Below, in pieces: positions 27,386-36,732 of a DNA stretch of 50,462 nt. Source of the stretch: a bacterium. GTDB taxonomy: Bacteria; Patescibacteriota; Minisyncoccia; Moranbacterales; GWC2-37-73. The notes beneath the pieces were generated by a model. It worked only from the letters and a program-made list of their open reading frames with translations, had not been told where the DNA came from and made no database searches. Every line of letters starts with the position of its first letter. Positions within the stretch are counted from its first letter, which is position 1. Made by a program: the position numbers and the translations under genes. The DNA is taken from NCBI GenBank assembly GCA_037140955.1, contig JBAXDL010000007.1, forward strand, positions 1-50,462. Direction: 5' to 3'.

Positions 27386-28825
27386 TTATTCAGTAACATT
27401 TTCGCATATCCTCCTCAATATCCCCAAATTTATCCAGAAAAATATTCCCAACAAATTTGCCTCCAAATATGGCTGAAACATGAAAGCAGTAAGTTGAAAA
27501 ACGAGAATTCCTAGTGATATCTTTGCAGCTATTTGAAAATCTTCATCATCAATCTTGGCCACAAAAACTTTCCAGCCAAGCTTTCCCACAAACAAGCCAA
27601 ACAAACCAATTCCCAAGATCCCCATCTGCACCAAAACAACCAAGAAAGAATTATGCATGTTTCGCACCTCCACAAAGTCATGATATGACCCAATTTCCAC
27701 TGAAACTTTTTTGCCAAAACCAATCCCTAAAAGTGGATTTTGCAGATATTCCTTGCCTGCTTGTTGCCAAACAGCACTTCGCCAAACAATGCTTTCATCT
27801 CCTGTGGTATTAGTAACGGAAGTGATTCGATTTGTGATCATTCCAAATCCATTGCTTATAGCGTTATACGCGCTTGAGCGAGGGAAAAGTGTTGCACCAT
27901 AAAAGACCAAAACCAAGAACATCAGCACCACGATGCTATAATTCTTTGCGTGGGTGCGCAAACGTTTGCGAGCATTTCTTGCAAACAAAATTATCACAAA
28001 AATAATAGCCACAAAAATACTAATCCAAAGATGTCGCATCATTGAACCAACAATTCCAATCAACCACAAAGGCATGACGATCAACAGCAACTTCGAAACC
28101 AAATCTGATTTATAGGCAACATAAACAAGACCAGCAATTATGGCCATGCAAAGATAATATCCATGCGTAAACGCGAGCGTTCTGATTCCATCAGTAGAAA
28201 GCGGTGTAAAATCAGACCAAAGTCCATGTCGCACCAAAATTCCATAGAAGACAAACCAAAGAATTCCAATTGCACTAGAAAACAAAACAACAAGCAATTC
28301 TTTCATGTGCTGGCGATTGTCAATCAAAAGATAAGTTGCAAAATAAAAAAGAGAATAGAAAGCATAATTTTTGGCACTGCTAAATGCCAATTGAATTTCA
28401 CCATTTGCAAAAACAATACTAACAAAGAAATACACCAAAGAAAATACTCCAAAGACAACCAAAAGCCAATCAATCTTTGCTAGTTTGAACTGTATTTTTC
28501 CAAGAATAATTTGAAAAATGATGCCAAACAAAACTGCTGCAAAAATAACATCAATTGGATACAGTTTATATTCGCTCTTGCCTAGTACAATCGGAACAAG
28601 AGTAAAAAATCTTTCAAAAATAAAAGTAAGAAAAATAATTGCATATAGTCCTGCCTGAGGATATTTAAAGGCAAGCACAGTAGCAACCAAAATTGTTATC
28701 AAGTAAAGCGGCAAAATAAAACCAAAAAAATAATTCACTCCACAAAAAAGGCCAACAAAAGCCACAATAGCAACTGCTACCTTCAATTCTTTGCTCAATT
28801 TGATTGTATTTAAATAATCTTTCAT
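27386..28825 (-). CDS. O-antigen ligase/polymerase (Wzy_C) family membrane protein
   Basis: multiple TM segments, R..VW...NPLLGIGFG, HNSFL..LVQMGILG. Confidence 0.88.
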   Translation of the reverse strand: MKDYLNTIKLSKELKVAVAIVAFVGLFCGVNYFFGFILPLYLITILVATVLAFKYPQAGLYAIIFLTFIFERFFTLVPIVLGKSEYKLYPIDVIFAAVLFGIIFQIILGKIQFKLAKIDWLLVVFGVFSLVYFFVSIVFANGEIQLAFSSAKNYAFYSLFYFATYLLIDNRQHMKELLVVLFSSAIGILWFVFYGILVRHGLWSDFTPLSTDGIRTLAFTHGYYLCMAIIAGLVYVAYKSDLVSKLLLIVMPLWLIGIVGSMMRHLWISIFVAIIFVIILFARNARKRLRTHAKNYSIVVLMFLVLVFYGATLFPRSSAYNAISNGFGMITNRITSVTNTTGDESIVWRSAVWQQAGKEYLQNPLLGIGFGKKVSVEIGSYHDFVEVRNMHNSFLVVLVQMGILGIGLFGLFVGKLGWKVFVAKIDDEDFQIAAKISLGILVFQLTAFMFQPYLEANLLGIFFWINLGILRRICENVTE

Positions 28826-28859
28826 AACAGATAATTATAGCACACTTAAAGGAAAATGT

Positions 28860-28896
28860 AAAGCCCCCTAAGTCATTTGACTGAGGGGGCTTTTTT
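28860..28896 (-). terminator. terminator of the three-gene islet
   Basis: AAAGCCCCCT/AGGGGGCTTT stem with inner AGTC/GACT. Confidence 0.8.
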
Positions 28897-30038
28897 TACT
28901 TGATGTAGAGGATATGTTCTTTCATCCTCTCTCTTTCAACTGCTGTGGCATTTTTCTTGTCCACGGCTGTTGATCTTTGGGCAGGCGGAGTGTAAGTGTT
29001 ACCACTTGTCTTACTGCCTTTGCCCGAAATTGCTGACGACATCTGACTTAGAACCATTTTTCTGGCCCTTTCATCATCTGCCGCTGAAGCATGATGGCAT
29101 TTGGTACAAGCGTGCACATCATAATTTTCTGCACCCTTCACACCAATGTGAATCGACTGAAAGGTAGGTGCGACATAGGTGATGACATTCACGTTGCCAC
29201 TGCCACCTTTGCCATGCTTTACTTTGTTCAGATAAACTTTGACATCCGCTGAATTTCCGCGAATGTTGTTGTTCTGAACATCCTGTCTGGCATTAGGCGC
29301 ATATATAATCGCCGTGTTGCCACTCTTCTTTTTGCCCTTGCCTTTGCCAAAGTCGTTTACCTGATTGATATTCAGGAAAGAAGTGGCATTGGCTTGCGAG
29401 CTGTTGTTGGCAGCCGCAGATTGATTGGTTGCTGCAGCGCTATTGTGCGCAGCAGCTGCTGATTGGTTGGTTGCAACTGCACCTTGATCAGAACCATTGT
29501 TGGCAGCTTTTTCTGCTGCCACTTTTTCAGTAGCATGCTTTCTAGCCGCCACAGCCCTGGAATCATCACAGCCATTGGCTGAAATCGGAGACCAGGTTGC
29601 CATACCTCCTCCGGTATACACGAAATGTGCACCACCGGACTCTGCGATGTCAGCTGTAAAATATGACATGCCAATTTCGACATGCCCTGCCGTTTTCACG
29701 CGACAGTCAGGTATTGCCAACCAGAGGCCACCTTTTTTGAAATTAAAGGCGATCTGTCCATCCAAAATGGCATCTTTTGGAATTCTGTATCTTGAGACGT
29801 CTCCATTTTTCTCAAATGGATCAACTCCGAACTTGTTTCCGCAGCCAGCGCGGAGATTGTCCTGGCAAAATAAAATCATTTGCCAATCACCTTCTCCAGC
29901 AGCTTTTACCTGCACAACACCATACGTATCGCTAGAAACAACAGTGTTGTTGTCTCTTGTTGGAAACGTTGCTGCAAAACTTGCAGCAGCAACCATCATC
30001 AGTACACACCCCAGGACCAAAGAAATGATCTTTTTCAT
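28896..30038 (-). CDS. secreted hypothetical protein with CxxCH motif
   Basis: signal peptide ending ASFA, Ala/Asn-rich linker, CTKCH near the C-terminus, AAGGAG RBS. Confidence 0.75.
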   Translation of the reverse strand: MKKIISLVLGCVLMMVAAASFAATFPTRDNNTVVSSDTYGVVQVKAAGEGDWQMILFCQDNLRAGCGNKFGVDPFEKNGDVSRYRIPKDAILDGQIAFNFKKGGLWLAIPDCRVKTAGHVEIGMSYFTADIAESGGAHFVYTGGGMATWSPISANGCDDSRAVAARKHATEKVAAEKAANNGSDQGAVATNQSAAAAHNSAAATNQSAAANNSSQANATSFLNINQVNDFGKGKGKKKSGNTAIIYAPNARQDVQNNNIRGNSADVKVYLNKVKHGKGGSGNVNVITYVAPTFQSIHIGVKGAENYDVHACTKCHHASAADDERARKMVLSQMSSAISGKGSKTSGNTYTPPAQRSTAVDKKNATAVERERMKEHILYIK

Positions 30039-31240
30039 TTTACTTCTCCTTTTTGGTTGGACGTTTCCTCGTCCATAGTTTTTTCGGAAACCACAACTTG
30101 GTTTGTTCCTGGCATTATCACATAATCACCAGTTGAAACCTTTGTCACGGTTGTTTCTTGATTCATTTCAACACCTTTCTGCTCGAGTTTGACGCTTCTC
30201 TCACGGAGATTAGCATCAATTGCGCGCAGGTCAGTGTTGACCTTGTAGCCTGCAAAGGCTCCAAGGAATGGTCCACCTTTGGCAAAATTTGCCGAAATGC
30301 CAATTTCAATCCTGTCATACAAATCGAAAACAATTTCTGGTCCAAGACCAATAACTGTTTCGCTTCTCATAAAGTTGAGACCAGCAAATGGTCCAAAGCG
30401 GACCTTGATGTCCCTGTTGAAGCGATGCTCCCACATGAGAGCAAGTCCCAAATAGGAATCACCACCAAAATACTGTCCATCAGCACTGGCAATCAACTTA
30501 TCCCTACCTCCAACCGTATGTGCATACTGGAGATATCCGCCAGGCATAAAGCCTTTGCCGGATGATTTCTCTCCAAAACGATACATTGGCCTGAACTTGG
30601 CAAGAATATCATCTTCTTCGCCCAGTGCTTGGTAGTAACTCAGGTTTAGCCCTGGAGCAAAATATCCCCAGTGATAACCATTGTCACTCCAGCCCTTGTC
30701 CGCCTTGGCAGTAAGGCCAACCCCAAAATTACGAGGTTGTTCTTTGCCTGCCCACCAATGTGTCCATTCGCCCATTGACCAAATGCCTTTTGATTTTGCA
30801 CCCATTGCATACCATCCTCCGGCATACAAAGTGTACTCATCAAAGGTGTGTTGTTTCTTTTCAACCACCACCGGATTGGCAGTGGAAGGAGAAATTATCC
30901 AGCTGACTTCTGCAACTGCAGGAGTTCGTGCTGGAACTGGTTTCTCTTCTGCTGCTTTTGCCACAACAACCGCCTTAACCTCCTCCTTGACGGGTTCTGG
31001 TTTTGGCATCAAAGCAACTACAGCATCTGGCACTGATTTAGGAGGAGAAACAACTTCCACCTTCATCGGCACTGCTTTGGGGTTGGCGGCAAGTGCCTTG
31101 GCACGGCGGTTATTCAAAATCTCAATAACCTTGGCAGTGCTTTGACTTACCATCCCAATCCCCTCGACGTACACCATTTCTTGCCCCCAAGCATTGGGCA
31201 CAAGAAAAACTAACAACATACAAAACATAAGCTTTTTCAT
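30035..31240 (-). CDS. secreted protein, probable beta-barrel domain
   Basis: signal peptide ending AWG, Pro/Val linker, long Gly/aromatic-rich alternating strands; AAGGAG RBS. Confidence 0.7.
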   Translation of the reverse strand: MKKLMFCMLLVFLVPNAWGQEMVYVEGIGMVSQSTAKVIEILNNRRAKALAANPKAVPMKVEVVSPPKSVPDAVVALMPKPEPVKEEVKAVVVAKAAEEKPVPARTPAVAEVSWIISPSTANPVVVEKKQHTFDEYTLYAGGWYAMGAKSKGIWSMGEWTHWWAGKEQPRNFGVGLTAKADKGWSDNGYHWGYFAPGLNLSYYQALGEEDDILAKFRPMYRFGEKSSGKGFMPGGYLQYAHTVGGRDKLIASADGQYFGGDSYLGLALMWEHRFNRDIKVRFGPFAGLNFMRSETVIGLGPEIVFDLYDRIEIGISANFAKGGPFLGAFAGYKVNTDLRAIDANLRERSVKLEQKGVEMNQETTVTKVSTGDYVIMPGTNQVVVSEKTMDEETSNQKGEVK

Positions 31241-31243
31241 GAC

Positions 31244-32236
31244 TCACTCCTTTCGTTTCTTTTTGGGATTTTTTTTGACCGCAGCAGTTTCGACTTTTGG
31301 AGTTTCAACTTTTGCAGCAACGATGGTTTCTTTTGATTTTTCCTCATCAATCTTTTTTGCAACCAAGATCTTGAGGACTTCTTTCTCTTCATTGAGTTGC
31401 CGGATTACTTCCAAACGAAGTTTTCCAATAAACTCAACGATCTGACCCATCATTAGACGGTCAGGAAGTTGAGACATATAATCCCAACCCTGTGACTTTG
31501 CAGTCATTCCTTCAATGATGGAAGATCCAATAGTCCAAAGGGTGTAAATTGGGTTGGTACTAATCGTAACCTTCCCATTAAGCACCACCTTGTCCAAAAG
31601 GTTGTACCCAGGATTAATCCTGGCTATCGTCTTAAAATCTTCATCTCCATAGGGAGTGAAAACTTCGCCTTGATAGGTGGAATAAAGATTCCACGACTGA
31701 ACATTTTTTTCAAAACCACTCATCCGATGTCTTTTTCCTACTCTCGAACCTTCCTTTTTGATTGTCTCAGCTCGATACGCTCTTTCATTGCGAAAGCGAG
31801 CAGCATCGATCATTGCCAAGACTCCTTCAAAATTGCAAACGAATTCGCCCTTTGAAGAAAGCAGTACCACATTTGCATCGCGCAGCTTTTCCTTATCACC
31901 CTCAATAATAACTGAGAAGCGATACTCTCCGGACTTATACATCCCAGAAAGCACAAATTGGGTAAAAAACTCTTCACCCTCCTTGTTTACAGCCAAGCCA
32001 TTCCAACGTATCCGACCTGGATACATTTCAGCGGAGATGCACTTGTCAGCAACAGGAGCTTCCACAATCGTGATTGCTCCGTCTTTGACATTTCGTGTGG
32101 CGGCAACACCAACTGATTGCACCGGTGTTACCAAAAGATTAATTGGATCATTAAGATCCAAAGGGCCATCCTTCATGACCAGAGTGTTTGCACACCCCGT
32201 CAGCATCAAAACTACCAACAAACAAAATACTTTCAT
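31244..32236 (-). CDS. putative lipoprotein
   Basis: lipobox LTGC after a hydrophobic core; AAGGAG RBS. Confidence 0.75.
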   Translation of the reverse strand: MKVFCLLVVLMLTGCANTLVMKDGPLDLNDPINLLVTPVQSVGVAATRNVKDGAITIVEAPVADKCISAEMYPGRIRWNGLAVNKEGEEFFTQFVLSGMYKSGEYRFSVIIEGDKEKLRDANVVLLSSKGEFVCNFEGVLAMIDAARFRNERAYRAETIKKEGSRVGKRHRMSGFEKNVQSWNLYSTYQGEVFTPYGDEDFKTIARINPGYNLLDKVVLNGKVTISTNPIYTLWTIGSSIIEGMTAKSQGWDYMSQLPDRLMMGQIVEFIGKLRLEVIRQLNEEKEVLKILVAKKIDEEKSKETIVAAKVETPKVETAAVKKNPKKKRKE

Positions 32237-32373
32237 GATATTCTCCTTTTTGTATGTTTTATAAACTATTTAGTTTTTAAGTTACAAACCCGAACCAATT
32301 TCGAGTTTATCCAGAGGCTTCTTTGCAATACAATCAGAAGCCTCCCAATCTACCCAAAATCGAAAACTATTTT

Positions 32374-33033
32374 TTATATATTTGAATTTATGGACTGAGT
32401 ACTCTGAGAGAAAACATCTTTTTTTCTGCTTTCATTCTTAGCAATAACCCAAAGCGAGCTTAGCATTATTCCCAAAGTAAATCCACCCAAAATCACAGCA
32501 GCAATATTTGCAAACGAAGGATTTTTTTCCAGCACTGGTCCTGACAAAATTTTGACATCAATATTTTGACCTTCACCATAGAACAAATTACTTTTGGTTG
32601 TAAGCACATCAGCAATAGCCTGTGAAATTGCCAAAGCTTGTTTTTGATCATTATCGAAAACCTGCACACTAACAACACCCAAATCAGGATTCAAAGTAAC
32701 CTGCACCGCATTGCTCCAAGTTTTAAGTTTTTCTTTTTTATCAAAAGGCAAAAATTCCGAATTAACTTTTCCAGTTTTTACAACTTCACCGATAAACAAT
32801 TCGCTATAAATCCCCTCATTCAAAACCTTGCCAATATATTGCGCAGATTTTGAAAGAGTATAAAAATCCTGAGAAGCTGTTTGATTCTGAACGATCAAAT
32901 AGTCAGTTTCCACCTTAAAATTCTTCTCTTTTAGCACTAGAAGCAGAAAAGAAAAGGCGGCGCAAAGAAAACCAAGCAAAATGATGGTTCCTATTTTTTT
33001 CTTCATTAAAGCCAAAAGTTGATTGTTTTGCAT
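32374..33033 (-). CDS. Wzz/CapA-like chain-length determinant
   Basis: two TM segments, DFYTLSKSAQY, VKILSGP. Confidence 0.7.
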   Translation of the reverse strand: MQNNQLLALMKKKIGTIILLGFLCAAFSFLLLVLKEKNFKVETDYLIVQNQTASQDFYTLSKSAQYIGKVLNEGIYSELFIGEVVKTGKVNSEFLPFDKKEKLKTWSNAVQVTLNPDLGVVSVQVFDNDQKQALAISQAIADVLTTKSNLFYGEGQNIDVKILSGPVLEKNPSFANIAAVILGGFTLGIMLSSLWVIAKNESRKKDVFSQSTQSINSNI

Positions 33034-33217
33034 ATAAATTGAGATATTATGATATGACTTACTATCTTAGTACAAAATAAGGTTTTTGTCAATAGCAAAA
33101 AGACCACAATAAAGGGTCTTTTTGATGTTTTCTTAGGATATTTTCTGCAAAATCTAAATACTATTTATTTCTTCACTAAAAAACATTCGGATAAATCATA
33201 AGAATAACTCTCGCATA

Positions 33218-34171
33218 TCACTTCAAGTACTCCAAACGCTTTTTCTGCTCAAATCTTTCAATTGCATAGCGCAGTGTTGTGCGAGACATCTTGCCTTTAT
33301 TTTTTTGCAAAAATTCCTCCAACAATTTCTGAGAGCAACGCTTGCCAATTTCTCGTAGCATCCAACCAACAACTTTGTGCATCAAGTCTTCTTTGTCGCG
33401 CAGCAATTTTTCCGCCAAAGAAAATGCTAATTTGCTTTGGCCAAGTTTTATTTCATGAAAAGTTGCCTGCATCGCAATTCGACGCTCCCAAAGATTTTTT
33501 GAGCAAGCCAATGAAAACAACACATCTTTGCTTTTTCCAACCAACCATGCTCCGACTATTTTGTCGCCACTTGAATCAACCAAATCCCAATTATTAACAT
33601 AAGCCGTATTTTCTAAATATAAATCAAAAATTTGTTTTTTTGTTTTTTCATTTCCTTTTTGAAATTTCAAAACAAGTAGCAATATTGCAGCCAAGCGTTC
33701 TTCATGAAATTTTGACTTCATAACATCAGATATCTCAATTAATGACATTTGTTGATGTTTTTTCACAAGCTGCCTAATGGTTGGAACAGTTAAGCCAAGA
33801 AAAATATCACCATAACCATATTGACCCTTTCCTGTTTTGAAAAATCCAGCCAACACCTTGGCTTTTGCAGGATCTTTCAAGGATCTTATTTCCTTTTGAA
33901 GTTTTGATATCTCCATTTTGCTTGTTTTTTTAGACAATATTAGTTGCAGCTTTTTGGTTCTTGATAATTTCTTCACCTCACATTCCATTTTTGAAGCCAT
34001 TGATCTGCTTTGATGTTGCTGCGAAAAAACCAACTCTACTGGCCTGCGAGCCGAGGTGTATTTTGCACCTTTTTTAGAATCATTATGCTCTTTTATGCGA
34101 CGCGCCAAATCAGTAGTGATTCCAGTATAGAAACTGCCATCAGCGCATTTTACTATATATAAATAATACAT
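33218..34171 (-). CDS. GIY-YIG nuclease fused to AlkD-like DNA alkylation repair protein
   Basis: YLYIVKCADGSFYTGITTD..RRIKEHN..GAKYT (aa 1-80), then FFKTGKGQYG, NNWDLVD, LWERR, GWMLREIGK, LRYAIE. Confidence 0.88.
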   Translation of the reverse strand: MYYLYIVKCADGSFYTGITTDLARRIKEHNDSKKGAKYTSARRPVELVFSQQHQSRSMASKMECEVKKLSRTKKLQLILSKKTSKMEISKLQKEIRSLKDPAKAKVLAGFFKTGKGQYGYGDIFLGLTVPTIRQLVKKHQQMSLIEISDVMKSKFHEERLAAILLLVLKFQKGNEKTKKQIFDLYLENTAYVNNWDLVDSSGDKIVGAWLVGKSKDVLFSLACSKNLWERRIAMQATFHEIKLGQSKLAFSLAEKLLRDKEDLMHKVVGWMLREIGKRCSQKLLEEFLQKNKGKMSRTTLRYAIERFEQKKRLEYLK

Positions 34172-34190
34172 AAAAAATTATTTTTTCTAT

Positions 34191-34219
34191 TTGCAATTAT
34201 TGGCAATGTTGTATATAAT
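34191..34219 (+). promoter_or_regulatory. promoter of the candidate ncRNA
   Basis: TTGCAA-17-TATAAT. Confidence 0.6.
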
Positions 34220-34227
34220 TTATTCAT

Positions 34228-34347
34228 AAAGCCTTCAGAATAAAGAATTGAAAAATTGGAACCCACCTGGATTTTCAGGGAAAAAATATATTTTTTCCGA
34301 TAAATATTTTCTGGGATCCACACGATTCTTTTGCATTGAGGGCTTTT
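34228..34347 (+). ncRNA. candidate rod-shaped small RNA
   Basis: nested stems AAAGCCTTCAG/TTGAGGGCTTT, AAAGAATTG/CGATTCTTT, TGGA-CCCA/TGGG-TCCA, GGAAAAAAT/ATTTTTTCC directly after the promoter. Confidence 0.55.
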
Positions 34348-34355
34348 ATTTTTGC

Positions 34356-34634
34356 CTAAAAATTAATATTCTTTGCAAGTAAGTATAAAAAGGAAATATT
34401 TTCCACAACAAGCATCGGTATTCCAATAGCAAAATACCATTTTCTCGTTTTGTGACGAAAAGCAAACATCCCCACCCAAACTCCAACACTGCCAAAAGCT
34501 GTGGCCATAAAAAACAATAGTCCTTCGGAGATTCTTTCAGCATCAGCTTTTTTTGATTTTCTCTTGTCCAAAAACATCAGCAAAAATGCCAACAAGTTTA
34601 TGGTTGTGAAAAATATTATTATATACATTTCCAT
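34356..34634 (-). CDS. DUF1294 family small membrane protein
   Basis: DKRKS...RISE..L...GMFAFRHKTRK; start MEMYIII. Confidence 0.9.
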   Translation of the reverse strand: MEMYIIIFFTTINLLAFLLMFLDKRKSKKADAERISEGLLFFMATAFGSVGVWVGMFAFRHKTRKWYFAIGIPMLVVENISFLYLLAKNINF

Positions 34635-34646
34635 TTTTATAAATAC

Positions 34647-34725
34647 GTCATGTAAATATTGTTTTTTGCGGCTTCCGTGTGAACGCAGCAACGTTAGGCA
34701 AGCACAAAAACAATATTTACATGAC
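34647..34725. repeat. palindromic element with perfect 20-bp terminal inverted repeats
   Basis: GTCATGTAAATATTGTTTTT (34647-34666) / AAAAACAATATTTACATGAC (34706-34725). Confidence 0.75.
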
Positions 34726-34788
34726 ACCAAGAATTAAAAAATAGCTATTAACTTAATAAGCATACACTTAGATAGAAAAATTACCAAG

Positions 34789-34820
34789 AAAAAGGACACC
34801 TTGAATTTCAAGATGTCCTT
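34789..34820 (-). terminator. terminator of the 34850-35332 gene
   Basis: minus strand AAGGACATCTTGA/TCAAGGTGTCCTT plus T run. Confidence 0.7.
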
Positions 34821-34849
34821 AAATTTTTAAACAATGTCTGATGGGCTTA

Positions 34850-35332
34850 TTAATATGCAATAAGTCCGTCAGTCCCAACAGTTTTGACTGCACCGTTTAT
34901 GCTAAAGGTGCAAACTGCTGGGTCAGTGTTAAATGAGATAAAAGTTCCGTCTGGCCGCACTAAGTACGGCATGCCAGCACCTGATCCCAATGCTTTGGCA
35001 GTCCCAGCAATAACAGTTTTTGGCAAAACCAGCAAAGCAACTTTGCCTCCAGCTGGATACCAACTGCCATTGTCATTCCAGGCAATTCTATAGCCTGAAA
35101 TAATATTACCAGCGGCATCCAACACTTTTTCTGTAGGATTGCTAGTCACCAATCCAATGAGCTTATCCCCTTCAATGACTGGCGTTATTTCAACTTCTCC
35201 AGTCACAGTGTTGACACTCACTAATGTTTTGGAGACAACTACAGGTGTGGAAGCGGCCGATCCAGATGCTGAAACTGAACCACAACCACAGACAAAAAAA
35301 CAAACCACCAACAATAAAATAAATTTCTGCAT
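34850..35332 (-). CDS. putative lipoprotein
   Basis: signal peptide with VCGC lipobox-like site; AAGGAGG RBS. Confidence 0.75.
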   Translation of the reverse strand: MQKFILLLVVCFFVCGCGSVSASGSAASTPVVVSKTLVSVNTVTGEVEITPVIEGDKLIGLVTSNPTEKVLDAAGNIISGYRIAWNDNGSWYPAGGKVALLVLPKTVIAGTAKALGSGAGMPYLVRPDGTFISFNTDPAVCTFSINGAVKTVGTDGLIAY

Positions 35333-35429
35333 GATGTCTTCCTCCTTAAGGAAAATTTTTTTGTATTGAGCATTTTCAGCTCAAGTTGGCCAACAAAAAC
35401 ATCTGAAATTTTTCAAGTACTAACCCTAT

Positions 35430-35458
35430 AGTATACTCCGAAATTCATGTTTTGTCAA
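35430..35458 (-). promoter_or_regulatory. sigma70-type promoter
   Basis: TTGACA-17-TATACT on the minus strand. Confidence 0.65.
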
Positions 35459-35470
35459 GAGTGCCAAGAC

Positions 35471-35504
35471 AAAAAAATATCAACCAGCGATGGTTGATAT
35501 TTTT
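35471..35504 (-). terminator. intrinsic terminator
   Basis: AAAAATATCAACCA/TGGTTGATATTTTT. Confidence 0.75.
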
Positions 35505-35532
35505 CAAAAGATAAGTTTTCAGTCGTTTTTGC

Positions 35533-36702
35533 TTACAACTTTACTTGAATTTTAATTTCTTGCCCCTGGCGATCAATCAAAAGTTCGATATTATCACCCT
35601 TTTTGTATTGATTGATCAAATTTGAAAGTGGACTGTCTAATGTAACATCCCTTCCGTTGACAGACAGAACAATATCATTAATCTTAACCCCAGCACTCTC
35701 CGCTGCTGATCCTGCAATAATAGCCAGGCCTTGTTTTTGTGATGGTGAGAAAATAAGTGCACCTTTGTCGCGATTCAATCCATTGGCAATAGCATATTCT
35801 TTGGTTATTGGAACATAGTAGGCACCAAAAAATGGTCTGTTTTCAAATCCACTTTGCAACTGCAAATCCAAAGATTTTTGCACATCAGCCGCAGGAACCT
35901 GAAAGTATTGAGCTTGTCCATCAATGATAAGTGAACCGATAATTCCAATCAGATCGCCGCTATATCCAATCACAGGACCGCCGACATATGCTTTTTGATT
36001 GTCAAAATTACTTTCAAAAACACCTTCCAGCTTTTCAGTCAAAGAAACCGTCTTACCTGCCAAGTTATAAGTTTTATCAATATTGCTTAATAATCCTGAA
36101 GCATAACGATTTTGATATTCACCAAATGAATTTCCAATAGCTACAATTTTTTTGCCAGGCCTTACCATCTTTGAATCAGCAAAAGAAATGGCAGTCAAAT
36201 TACTAGCATCTATTTTCAAAAAAGCTAAATTCGAAAATTCATCAATTCCTAAAAGTTTTGCATCAAAACTTGAGCCGTTGAAAAGCAGCACCTTATATGC
36301 AACATCTTTTTCAATAATAGCGCTGCGATATGTCGCAATCACACCATCACTAGTAATGATTATTCCTGTTCCACTTTGATATACACTTTTAGTGCTTTTG
36401 CTTGCTGAGTCTTTTTGTTGTCCAAAGGAAATTATGTTGACAACTGAGTTTGATGCCTGTGAGGCAATTTCATTGATAGAATCATCTTCTTTGATGCTTA
36501 TCTGTTCAGTCTTATTGATCACTGTAACATTCTCAGACATGCGCTTGAACATATCTATGCGAGACAAATATTTGTTAGTGCGAATAAATGGAAGAACTTT
36601 TTGATCAAAATACACCCCACCAATCCCCCCTATGCAAAAAATTACTAACAAAACAAGAAGTGCTTTTAAAACATATTTACCTTTTTTTGATTTTTCACTC
36701 AT
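35533..36702 (-). CDS. HtrA-like trypsin/PDZ protein lacking the catalytic triad
   Basis: GTGIII and PDZ retained; TNxHV is TYRSA and GNSGGP is AYVGGP. Confidence 0.85.
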   Translation of the reverse strand: MSEKSKKGKYVLKALLVLLVIFCIGGIGGVYFDQKVLPFIRTNKYLSRIDMFKRMSENVTVINKTEQISIKEDDSINEIASQASNSVVNIISFGQQKDSASKSTKSVYQSGTGIIITSDGVIATYRSAIIEKDVAYKVLLFNGSSFDAKLLGIDEFSNLAFLKIDASNLTAISFADSKMVRPGKKIVAIGNSFGEYQNRYASGLLSNIDKTYNLAGKTVSLTEKLEGVFESNFDNQKAYVGGPVIGYSGDLIGIIGSLIIDGQAQYFQVPAADVQKSLDLQLQSGFENRPFFGAYYVPITKEYAIANGLNRDKGALIFSPSQKQGLAIIAGSAAESAGVKINDIVLSVNGRDVTLDSPLSNLINQYKKGDNIELLIDRQGQEIKIQVKL

Positions 36703-36732
36703 TATATGTTTTAGACTTTATAAATTATAACA

